Shown here: in pieces, positions 22,195-29,848 of the stretch
How positions within the stretch are numbered: position 1 is the stretch's first letter
Layout: each line of letters starts with the position of its first letter
Assembly: GCA_033720815.1 (NCBI GenBank)
Contig: JAWWBT010000002.1
Span: forward strand, 1 to 50,226
Length of the DNA stretch: 50,226 nt
Direction: 5' to 3'
From: Gammaproteobacteria bacterium
GTDB lineage: Bacteria; Pseudomonadota; Gammaproteobacteria; Natronospirales; JAJUFS01
The notes under the pieces: generated by a model
Databases searched by the model: none
The model's input: only the letters and a program-made list of their open reading frames with translations
What the model was told of the DNA's origin: nothing
Made by a program: the position numbers and the translations under genes

Positions 22195-22827
22195 TTACTG
22201 CTGCGAGAATGCCTCTACAACAGCGTCTGCAAAGAGCGGAATCTCGTCGTAGGTATTGGCCAGGTCGCGCAGGCGCTCGACGGCCTGCTGGCGATTTTCC
22301 TGCTCGACTTCCAGCATACCGAGCAGCGATTCCAGGTGGGAACCCTCTCCGTTCTCGATATCCTTCAGGAGCGCGACATAACCCGTAACGATGAATTCGC
22401 GAACGCGTTCCGTCTTCGGACGCGAGGTCACACCGTTCAGGCCGTTGGAGGAAATCGGCTCCAGCGCCACCATGTATTTCTTCTGCGCGTACTGATGCAT
22501 TGCACCCGACGAAATATCGGTCGAGCTGCCGATCAGGCCACCAATGATGACGTTACCGAAGAACCAGCCGTTGACCGTCTTCTCGAGACGCGTCTCGTAA
22601 GGCTTGTAGCCTTCCTTCTCGAAGCGAAGCACTTCGTTGCCGCTGCGATCCACCTCGATGGTCGTCGGCGTAGTGCCGACCGCGGTGCCGTCGATGTAGA
22701 CGGTTGCGCCCTCCGGCGAGGAATTGAACGTAATGGATTCACTGCTGCCACTGACGATTGTCGCGCAGCCGGCAACGCCCAGCACCAGTGCGAGGCCCCC
22801 GAAAAATGCGATAGCAAAGCGATTCAT
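22195..22827 (-). CDS. PEGA-domain lipoprotein
   Basis: Lipobox LVLGVAGC; ITFNSSPEGATVYIDGTAVGTTPTTIEV PEGA motif; AGGAGA SD before ATG 22827 (ORF track extends to 22941). Confidence 0.7.
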   Translation of the reverse strand: MNRFAIAFFGGLALVLGVAGCATIVSGSSESITFNSSPEGATVYIDGTAVGTTPTTIEVDRSGNEVLRFEKEGYKPYETRLEKTVNGWFFGNVIIGGLIGSSTDISSGAMHQYAQKKYMVALEPISSNGLNGVTSRPKTERVREFIVTGYVALLKDIENGEGSHLESLLGMLEVEQENRQQAVERLRDLANTYDEIPLFADAVVEAFSQQ

Positions 22828-23036
22828 GTGATCTCCTGATGATCTGATAATTCTTGAATTACCAGCCAGCGGAGTCATTCTCATCCCCTGCCCTCCATTG
22901 GCTGGTTCCCCTTCCTTGCGGGGAACAGGAACTTTACACAAGCCTGATGTCTTATATGGACCTATTCCGAAAGACTGACCAAAACTTCACCAATCTGGAA
23001 TTGTTCTGGCTGTTTTTTAACCAATGATGCCCAGGG

Positions 23037-23588
23037 CTACCAAGCGGAGAGCCAGGGCGGGTTCATTGCCGCTATACGCTCGTACTGCGGACAATCCGGA
23101 TCGTGAGCGCCTGGCAGGTAGCCCACACCCATCAGGAATTCATTGGTGATCTCGCCACCGGTAAAGCGGAATGTCTTCCTGAACAGTTTCACCCAGCCGG
23201 CCTTCTCGCGCGGGTGATGCGCATCCAGCCAGCCTGCAAACGAACCATGCCATGCCCGCATACCGAGAATCACGTTGGCATTGTGGACCGCGGCTTCGAC
23301 CTTGAGGCGATTACGGATAATGCCGGCATCGTCGAGCAGTCGCACGCGGTCGCTGGCATCGAAGTTCGCCACGCGCTCGACGTTGAAACCGGCATACGCG
23401 CGGCGAAAATTCTCGCGCTTTTTCAGCACCGTCAGCCATGAAAGACCCGCCTGGTTGATCTCCAGCAGCAGTCGCTCGAAGAGTTCATCATCGCTGCGCA
23501 CAGGAACCCCGTGATCCTTGTCATGGAAATCGCGGTGTTCCGGGTGTTCGCGGGCAATGGCGCAATAACTGGTCACGATGACCTCCAT
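23037..23588 (-). CDS. tag: DNA-3-methyladenine glycosylase I
   Basis: HDKDHGVPVRSDDELFERLLLEINQAGLSWLTVLKKRENFR...AGIIRNRLK parallels E. coli Tag. Confidence 0.9.
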   Translation of the reverse strand: MEVIVTSYCAIAREHPEHRDFHDKDHGVPVRSDDELFERLLLEINQAGLSWLTVLKKRENFRRAYAGFNVERVANFDASDRVRLLDDAGIIRNRLKVEAAVHNANVILGMRAWHGSFAGWLDAHHPREKAGWVKLFRKTFRFTGGEITNEFLMGVGYLPGAHDPDCPQYERIAAMNPPWLSAW

Positions 23589-23688
23589 TCGGGTTAATCA
23601 CTCGATTTGCCAGGCCCAGGGAACCGTGCAATCCCCACACGGTCACACTAAGCTCAAGCGACGTGTTTACCATAACAAGGAGAATTGC

Positions 23689-26619
23689 ATGTACCGTCTT
23701 GCTGCCGCGCTGCTGTCCAGCGTATTGCTCTCCGCCAGTTTTGCAGCCAGTGCCGCGCCTCCGCGCGACCAGGCGCCTTTCGACCCCGCGCCGATGTCTG
23801 GCCTGGATTACGACAAGGCCTTCTTCCCGGGTGCGGATTACGATCCCGCAATTCCGGATGGCGAAAAACTGCTCGGTTTCGAACTGGGCGAGCGCACCGC
23901 CTCCCCGGCCGAAATCGTCAAGGCCTATGAAACCTGGGCCGAGGCCAGCCCACGCGCGACCCTCGTGGAATACGCGCGCAGCTTTGAAGGGCGCCCGCTT
24001 GTTTACATGGTAATCACGTCGCCGGAAAACCAGCAGCGCCTTGATGAGATCAAGGCCGGGCTGGCGAAGATCGCCGATCCGCGCAAGGCCGATCGCGCTG
24101 AACGGGAACGGCTGGTCGAATCCCTGCCCGGCGTTGCGTGGCTGGCTTACAGCATTCACGGCAACGAGACGTCCGGCTCGGATGCCGCGCTGGTCACCGC
24201 GCACCACCTTGTTGCCGATCGCAGTGAAGAGACCACGAAACTGCTGGATGAGCTGGTGGTGATTCTCGACCCGAGCATGAACCCGGATGGCCGTGCGCGG
24301 TTCTACCAGCAGATGTCGGAATATCGCGGCATGAACCCGAACGTGGACGACCAGTCACTGGTGCATTCCGGCTACTGGCCTTCCGGTCGCATGAGCCACT
24401 ACATGTTCGACCTGAACCGTGACTGGATTTTCGGGACGCACCCGGAAACCCGCGGCCGTATCAAGGCCGTCAGCGAATGGCATCCGCAGCTGTTCGTCGA
24501 TGCGCACGAGATGGGTGCACAGGACACCTATCTCTTCTCGCCCGCACGTGAGCCGCATAACCCCCACTTCATGCCGAACCGCGACAAGTGGGCGACCGTG
24601 TTTGCCAAGGACCAGGCGGCTGCCTTCGATGAATACAACTGGCCGTATTACCACGGCGAGTGGAACGAAGGCTGGTTCCCTGGCTATTCGGATGCGTGGG
24701 CCAGTTTCCGTGGCGCACAGGGCATTCTCTACGAACAGGCACGCATGGCCGACGACGGCGTGCGCCAGGCCAATGGCGAGATCGTGAGCTACCAGGAGTC
24801 GGTCCACCACCAGGCATTGAGCAGCCTCGCCAACCTGGAGACGCTGCGCGAGAACCGCCGCGACATGTTGCGCGAATTCCACGCCGACCGTGTGAAGCTG
24901 CTGTCTAACGCCAGCCCGTACGGCAATCGCGTTTTCGCAATCACACCGACGGAGAACCGTGGCCGCATTGCGGATTTCATGGACCTGATGGAACTGCAGG
25001 GCTTCGAGGTATATCGCACGAAGGCCGCTACCACGCAGACCGCCACCGACCAGTTCGGTGAGACACGTCGCGTTACCCTGCCGGCCGGCACGCTGTTGAT
25101 CCCGAATCGCCAGCCGGAAGCGCGACTCGTTGCGGCGATGCTGGAATTCGACCCGACCATCCCGGAAAGTGCTTTGCAGGCTGAACGCAAGGCGCTGGTG
25201 AAGGACGGCAGCAGCACCATCTACGACACGACGGCCTGGAACATCACCATGATGTTCGGCCTTGAAGCCTACGAAGTCGACATGAGCCTGCCAGGCAATG
25301 CCGAGCAGGTTGAAGGCTTTTCACTGTCGGGTGATGTCGAGGATGGCGAGGACATTGCAGCGTGGGTCATCAACGGCATGGATGACCGTGCCGTTGCCGC
25401 AGCCGGTCGCCTGATGGAACGCGGCGTGAAGGTCCGCATTACCGACAAGACGACCACGCTCTCGGATATCGAGATGCCGCGCGGCACGCTGGTGATCAAT
25501 CCTTACGACAATCGCGGTAGCGATGACACCGCCGCGCACATTGCCGCGGTTGCCGAAGAATTTGCCGTTGATGTCGACGTGATTTCCACCGGCCTCGGCA
25601 AGGAAGACCTGCCGGACCTGGGCGGTGGCCATTTCCGCCTGCTCGAGCGACCGCGTGTTGCCTTGCTGGCGCGTAGTTCGATCAGCCCGTACGACTTCGG
25701 CTCGACCTGGTACACGCTGGATACGCGTCTCGGCCTGCGGAATTCGCACATCAACAACGAGTACTTCACGTACATGGACCTGCGCCGCTACAACGTGCTG
25801 GTCCTGCCGGATCGCTGGGGCGGTTCCTACGACAAGCCGCAGCTTGAAGCGATCAAGCAGTGGGTGGAGAACGGTGGAACCCTCATTGCGATCGGCGGCT
25901 CCGCCCGCGCCATCGCCAGCGAAGATGCCGGTATTTCTCAGGTGCGGCAGATCGCCGATACCTTCGAGAACCTCGACCCTTATCGCACCGCACTGCTGCG
26001 CGACTGGATGTCCGACGAAGGCATGATGCCCGGCATGAACGAGATCTGGGCGCACTCGGCACCTGAAGCCGTCGATCCGCCTTGGGTTGCACACGCGGCA
26101 GGCGCCCTGCCATCGCCGGCAGAAATGAAGCGTCGTGACGAATGGCAGGGAATCTTCATGCCACAGGGCGCATTGATGGCAGCCACCGTCGATGATGAAC
26201 ACTGGCTCACTTTCGGTAACGAAGGCAGCCTGCCAGTGCTATACGGCAACGCGCCGGTGCTGATGGCACCGAGCGGTGTCGATGTTCCGCTGCGCATGGG
26301 CAAGCTTGCTTCGGGAGATGGCCGCAGTGCCATGCAGATGCTCGCGAGTGCCGAGGAAAAGGCGTCGAACATTGGCTGGGCGCCACTGCCGGCCGGTCAC
26401 GAGCTGAACCTGCGCATGAGTGGCCTTGTCTGGCCGGAAGCGGCACAACGCATCGCCAACTCCGCGTATGTCACGCGTGAGCGTGTCGGCAAGGGCCAGG
26501 TGATCCTGTTCGCCGATACACCCACGATGCGCGGTGCCACGCTCGGCACCAGCCGTATCCTTGAAAACGCCATCGTTTACGGCCCGGGGCTCGGCACCCA
26601 GCCACTGATCCTGCCGTAA
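23689..26619 (+). CDS. large secreted M14-family zinc carboxypeptidase-like protein (976 aa)
   Basis: Signal peptide MYRLAAALLSSVLLSASFAASA; HxxE in YSIHGNETSGSDA, NPDGR, FVDAHEMG (third Zn ligand region); AAGGAGA SD; start trimmed from ORF 23578. Confidence 0.8.
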   Translation: MYRLAAALLSSVLLSASFAASAAPPRDQAPFDPAPMSGLDYDKAFFPGADYDPAIPDGEKLLGFELGERTASPAEIVKAYETWAEASPRATLVEYARSFEGRPLVYMVITSPENQQRLDEIKAGLAKIADPRKADRAERERLVESLPGVAWLAYSIHGNETSGSDAALVTAHHLVADRSEETTKLLDELVVILDPSMNPDGRARFYQQMSEYRGMNPNVDDQSLVHSGYWPSGRMSHYMFDLNRDWIFGTHPETRGRIKAVSEWHPQLFVDAHEMGAQDTYLFSPAREPHNPHFMPNRDKWATVFAKDQAAAFDEYNWPYYHGEWNEGWFPGYSDAWASFRGAQGILYEQARMADDGVRQANGEIVSYQESVHHQALSSLANLETLRENRRDMLREFHADRVKLLSNASPYGNRVFAITPTENRGRIADFMDLMELQGFEVYRTKAATTQTATDQFGETRRVTLPAGTLLIPNRQPEARLVAAMLEFDPTIPESALQAERKALVKDGSSTIYDTTAWNITMMFGLEAYEVDMSLPGNAEQVEGFSLSGDVEDGEDIAAWVINGMDDRAVAAAGRLMERGVKVRITDKTTTLSDIEMPRGTLVINPYDNRGSDDTAAHIAAVAEEFAVDVDVISTGLGKEDLPDLGGGHFRLLERPRVALLARSSISPYDFGSTWYTLDTRLGLRNSHINNEYFTYMDLRRYNVLVLPDRWGGSYDKPQLEAIKQWVENGGTLIAIGGSARAIASEDAGISQVRQIADTFENLDPYRTALLRDWMSDEGMMPGMNEIWAHSAPEAVDPPWVAHAAGALPSPAEMKRRDEWQGIFMPQGALMAATVDDEHWLTFGNEGSLPVLYGNAPVLMAPSGVDVPLRMGKLASGDGRSAMQMLASAEEKASNIGWAPLPAGHELNLRMSGLVWPEAAQRIANSAYVTRERVGKGQVILFADTPTMRGATLGTSRILENAIVYGPGLGTQPLILP

Positions 26620-26636
26620 GGGCCATCGGCGCAATG

Positions 26637-26666
26637 AAAAGGGGCGGCAATTGCCGCCCCTTTTTT
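26637..26666. terminator. bidirectional rho-independent terminator between the M14 gene (+) and the orphan pair (-)
   Basis: aaaa-GGGGCGGC-aatt-GCCGCCCC-tttttt, perfect 8-bp GC stem. Confidence 0.9.
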
Positions 26667-26682
26667 ATCGCCTGGCGCTTGC

Positions 26683-27024
26683 CTACCTCTCTTCCTCGTT
26701 TCGTCGTGACTCGCGACGATCTTCCTCGCGACGTGCTTCCTGGCGTTCGCGTTTTTCCTCACGCTCGTCTTCGCGAGCCCGCGCCATTTCGGCATCGACA
26801 TTCAGCAGCGCCCGGTCCTTGGGCCGCAGCATCGCAACACGCACTTCATCGACGACACAGAGACGAGGCTGCACATCGAGATCAAGCATCTCCTGGACCT
26901 TGCGTTCCTCTTCATCAAGGTCGAGCAGTTCACGGTACAGGCGACGTCGTACCCAGGCCGGCATGTCGCGGGTTTCATGGTGATACCGCGCGTGATCGAA
27001 CAGTCCTCGCAACAGGCGCTTCAT
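26683..27024 (-). CDS. hypothetical 113-aa protein with Glu/Arg-rich C-terminal tail
   Basis: ATGA overlap with the upstream gene stop; ends AREDEREEKRERQEARREEDRRESRRNEEER; no family recognised. Confidence 0.5.
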   Translation of the reverse strand: MKRLLRGLFDHARYHHETRDMPAWVRRRLYRELLDLDEEERKVQEMLDLDVQPRLCVVDEVRVAMLRPKDRALLNVDAEMARAREDEREEKRERQEARREEDRRESRRNEEER

Positions 27025-27545
27025 GCCAGGCCTCCCTGGAACGGCAACAGCACCAGCGCAATCATGATCAATGCAAGACCGAGAATGATCAGGTGCAGGC
27101 CACGCGTACGGTCACGAGCTGCCTGCTCGTTCGAGGCGAAATAACGCCGGTAGATGATGTCGTAGGAACCGCACAGCGCATCCTGCAACTGCTGGGTGAC
27201 ACGTTCCTCGGAGTCATCCTGTTTGCGCGCCTGCTGCTCGATATTCACCAGCTCCTGCAAGTCGGGAGGGTCTATGTAGATCACGTTCTTTTCCATGCGC
27301 ACGATGAACAACGCGCCCGCCAGCAGGGCGAGCACGGCGGCGCCGGCCAGCAGCATGACCGTACCGGTAACCGGTTCCTGCCACAGCGTGACATCGACGC
27401 GCCCGGTGACCATCGACAGCGTATAGGCGGCAAACGCCAGGCCGGCCACCGGCGTGGCAACACTGTTGCGGATTTCCTCACGGCGATCGCGCTGCGACTG
27501 GTAGCGCTCGCGCATTGCCTCGAAGCGCAGCTCGGAAGGCGTCAT
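27021..27545 (-). CDS. hypothetical 174-aa membrane protein (three predicted TM helices)
   Basis: AGAGGA SD before ATG 27545; charged N-terminus MTPSELRFEAMRERYQSQRDRREEIR, hydrophobic runs VAGLAFAAYTLSMV, VMLLAGAAVLALLAGALFIV, LHLIILGLALIMIALVLLPF; the ORF-track 302-aa version is a 5-prime extension. Confidence 0.55.
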   Translation of the reverse strand: MTPSELRFEAMRERYQSQRDRREEIRNSVATPVAGLAFAAYTLSMVTGRVDVTLWQEPVTGTVMLLAGAAVLALLAGALFIVRMEKNVIYIDPPDLQELVNIEQQARKQDDSEERVTQQLQDALCGSYDIIYRRYFASNEQAARDRTRGLHLIILGLALIMIALVLLPFQGGLA

Positions 27546-27696
27546 TTGAATCCTCTGTGAAGGCCCATTCTTGTTGTAACGCAGTGAAAAGCCCGTCTTC
27601 AAACGGAAAACCGTGAAATATTCGGCGGCATGCCGGGTCTGAATCCCTGAAGGTGAGGCCTTATACTGTCGGTCCATCCACGAGGCAGCCGATTTC

Positions 27697-28131
27697 ATGC
27701 TTTTCAGTGACAACCGACAGGACCTGCGCCGCATGTTCATCGAGGTGTGGCAGAAGGTCGAGCAGCGCAAGCCGCTGACCCAGCTCGAAGATCTCATCGC
27801 GGGCGTGATCCAGGAGCATCCCGAGTACCATGCGACGCTATCGGAGGGCGAAGCGGTGCTGGATCGCGACTGGACGCCGGAGCACGGCGAGACCAACCCG
27901 TTCCTGCACATGAGCATGCATATCGCCATTCGCGAGCAGCTCAGTATCGACCGGCCACCCGGCGTGCGCGCCGCTCACCAGGCGCTGGGCGAGAAACTCG
28001 GCGATGCGCATGCTGCAGAGCACCTGATGCAGGAAGCGCTTGCCGAGACGCTCTGGGAAGCCCAGCGCAGCGGCATTCCGCCGGATGAACAGCGCTACCT
28101 GCAGCGCGTGAGAGAGATGGCGCAGAAATAG
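27697..28131 (+). CDS. DUF1841-like protein (144 aa, no Cys, 8 His, no signal peptide)
   Basis: MLFSDNRQDLRRMFIEVWQK...NPFLHMSMHIAIREQL pattern that I recognise as DUF1841; followed 3-45 nt later by the DUF692 gene. Confidence 0.7.
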   Translation: MLFSDNRQDLRRMFIEVWQKVEQRKPLTQLEDLIAGVIQEHPEYHATLSEGEAVLDRDWTPEHGETNPFLHMSMHIAIREQLSIDRPPGVRAAHQALGEKLGDAHAAEHLMQEALAETLWEAQRSGIPPDEQRYLQRVREMAQK

Positions 28132-28176
28132 CGTATGCCATCGGCCATACTGGAAGCATTACTACGCGGAGGAGCC

Positions 28177-29034
28177 ATGCAGCAGCAGAAACGTTACCCG
28201 GTGGAAGGCGCAGGCCTGGGGCTGCGGCGCGGCAAGCTGATGCGCGAGCTTGAGGAAAACCCGCCTGCACAGGTGGATTTTCTCGAAGTCGCCCCCGAAA
28301 ACTGGATGCGCATGGGTGGCAAGCTCGGCAAGCGATTCCGCGCCTTCACCGAGAAATATCCGTTCGTCTGCCATGGCCTGTCGCTTTCGATCGGCAGCCC
28401 GGCACCGCTGGACGAGGACTACGTGCGCGAAGTGGGCAATTTTCTCGACACCCACGGAATCCGCTATTACACCGAACATCTCTCGTACTGCTCGGACGAC
28501 GGCCACCTCTACGACCTGATGCCGATACCGTTCACCGAAGCAGCGGCAGACTATGTCGCCGAACGCATTGCTCGCGTACAGGACATCCTCGGTCGGCGCA
28601 TCGGCATGGAAAACGTTTCCTATTACGCCGCGCCCGGCCAGGAAATGACGGAAATCGACTTCATCAACCACGTGCTCGAAAAGGCCGACTGCGACCTACT
28701 GCTCGACGTGAACAACATCGTCGTCAACAGCATCAACCATCGCTACGACACCGAAGCCTTCCTGAAGGCACTGCCCGCCGAGCGTGTCGTCTATTTCCAC
28801 GTTGCCGGCCATTACGTGGAAGCCGAAGACCTGCGCGTCGATACGCATGGCAGCGACGTCGCCGACCCTGTGTGGTCACTGCTTGATACCGCTTACGCCC
28901 ACTTCGGGCCGGTTCCCACCCTGCTCGAACGCGATTTCAATATCCCGCCGCTGGCGGAATTGCTTGGTGAAGTGGATCGCATCCATTCCCTGCAGGCGCG
29001 GCATGAGTCAGCGGAGGTTGCCGCCAATGGCTAA
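28177..29034 (+). CDS. MNIO (multinuclear non-heme iron oxidase) / DUF692 family, bufferin-HvfB-like RiPP maturase
   Basis: DUF692 blocks FLEVAPENW, VCHGLSLSIG, YTEHLSY, GMENVSYY, LLLDVNN, YFHVAGH, RVDTHGS, LLERDFN; GGAGGA SD before ATG 28177 (in-frame ATG 28135 also possible). Confidence 0.9.
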   Translation: MQQQKRYPVEGAGLGLRRGKLMRELEENPPAQVDFLEVAPENWMRMGGKLGKRFRAFTEKYPFVCHGLSLSIGSPAPLDEDYVREVGNFLDTHGIRYYTEHLSYCSDDGHLYDLMPIPFTEAAADYVAERIARVQDILGRRIGMENVSYYAAPGQEMTEIDFINHVLEKADCDLLLDVNNIVVNSINHRYDTEAFLKALPAERVVYFHVAGHYVEAEDLRVDTHGSDVADPVWSLLDTAYAHFGPVPTLLERDFNIPPLAELLGEVDRIHSLQARHESAEVAANG

Positions 29035-29806
29035 GCACGACCAGGCCATGCAGGATTTCCGCCGCCAGCAATACACCTTTGCGGCTCACCTGCGGAACCC
29101 GGACACGAATCCGGCACCTGAAGGCATCGAAGAGCGTCGCCTGCAGATCTACCGAGACCTGTTCTTCAATAACGTGAAGAACCTGCTGGCCAGCACCTTT
29201 CCCGTTCTCTCCGAAATTCTCGGTGAGGAGCGATGGGCAATTTTGACCCGCGAGTTCTATCACCATCACATTTCGCATACGCCGCTGTTCATGGAAATCC
29301 CGCAGGAATTCCTGCACTGGATGAACGAGGAAATGCGCGAACCGGAACGCTGGCCGGCCTTCATGCCCGAGCTCGCACATTATGAATGGGTTGAGCTGGC
29401 ATTAATGACGGACACCACCGACATTGATGCGGTCGATCATGACCCTGAGGGAAATATTCTTGACGGCATACCGGTCATCTCCCCTGTAGCGTGGCCCCTG
29501 GCCTACAGCTACCCGGTACACCGCATAAGCCGCGACTTCCAGCCGGAAGCTCCCGGCGAACAACCGACATTCATCGTCGTCTATCGCAAGCGCGATGACG
29601 AAGTCGGTTTCACGGAAATCAATGCGGTGACTGCACGGCTACTTGAGCTGATGCAGGACAACGAAACGGCAACCGGAACCGAACTGCTTCGACAGGTGGC
29701 GAGCGAACTCGGCCACACTGATCCTGAAGTCGTGATTCGTGGCGGTGCCGACATTATCCGTGGGCTTGCGCAACAGGACATCCTGCTCGGCGTCAAGCCC
29801 CGGTAA
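29027..29806 (+). CDS. DUF2063 protein (HvfC/BufC-like MNIO partner)
   Basis: FRRQQYTFAAHLRNPD...RLQIYRDLFFNNVKNLLASTFPVL...HTPLFMEIPQEFLHWM typical DUF2063 N-domain; 8-nt overlap with the DUF692 gene; start trimmed from ORF 28784. Confidence 0.8.
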   Translation: MAKHDQAMQDFRRQQYTFAAHLRNPDTNPAPEGIEERRLQIYRDLFFNNVKNLLASTFPVLSEILGEERWAILTREFYHHHISHTPLFMEIPQEFLHWMNEEMREPERWPAFMPELAHYEWVELALMTDTTDIDAVDHDPEGNILDGIPVISPVAWPLAYSYPVHRISRDFQPEAPGEQPTFIVVYRKRDDEVGFTEINAVTARLLELMQDNETATGTELLRQVASELGHTDPEVVIRGGADIIRGLAQQDILLGVKPR

Positions 29807-29848
29807 CAGGCAGGCTCTAAATACATCCAGCCTAACGGGGAGATTCAC

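Noticed and set aside
26683-26790. Repetitive cttcctcg-like DNA at the 3-prime end of the 113-aa orphan gene, considered as a tandem or CRISPR-like repeat.
   Set aside because: It is just the codon-level reflection of the Glu/Arg low-complexity tail. There are no regularly spaced identical repeats or spacers.
27557-27616. Micro-ORF (GTG start) encoding MKAHSCCNAVKSPSSNGKP with a Cys-Cys pair, on the plus strand just upstream of the DUF1841/MNIO operon. It is tempting as a hidden RiPP precursor.
   Set aside because: It has no Shine-Dalgarno sequence and a GTG start. It overlaps the ribosome-binding region of the divergent gene. It is only 19 aa, with no leader-like or signal-peptide segment, which makes it far shorter than any MNIO/DUF2063 substrate I know. 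It is kept only as something to look at in ribosome profiling or comparative alignment.
28135-28176. In-frame upstream ATG that would add 14 aa (MPSAILEALLRGGA) to the MNIO protein and close the gap to DUF1841 to 3 nt.
   Set aside because: ATG 28177 has a GGAGGA SD and gives an N-terminus typical for DUF692 proteins. The longer form cannot be excluded, but it does not change any conclusion.
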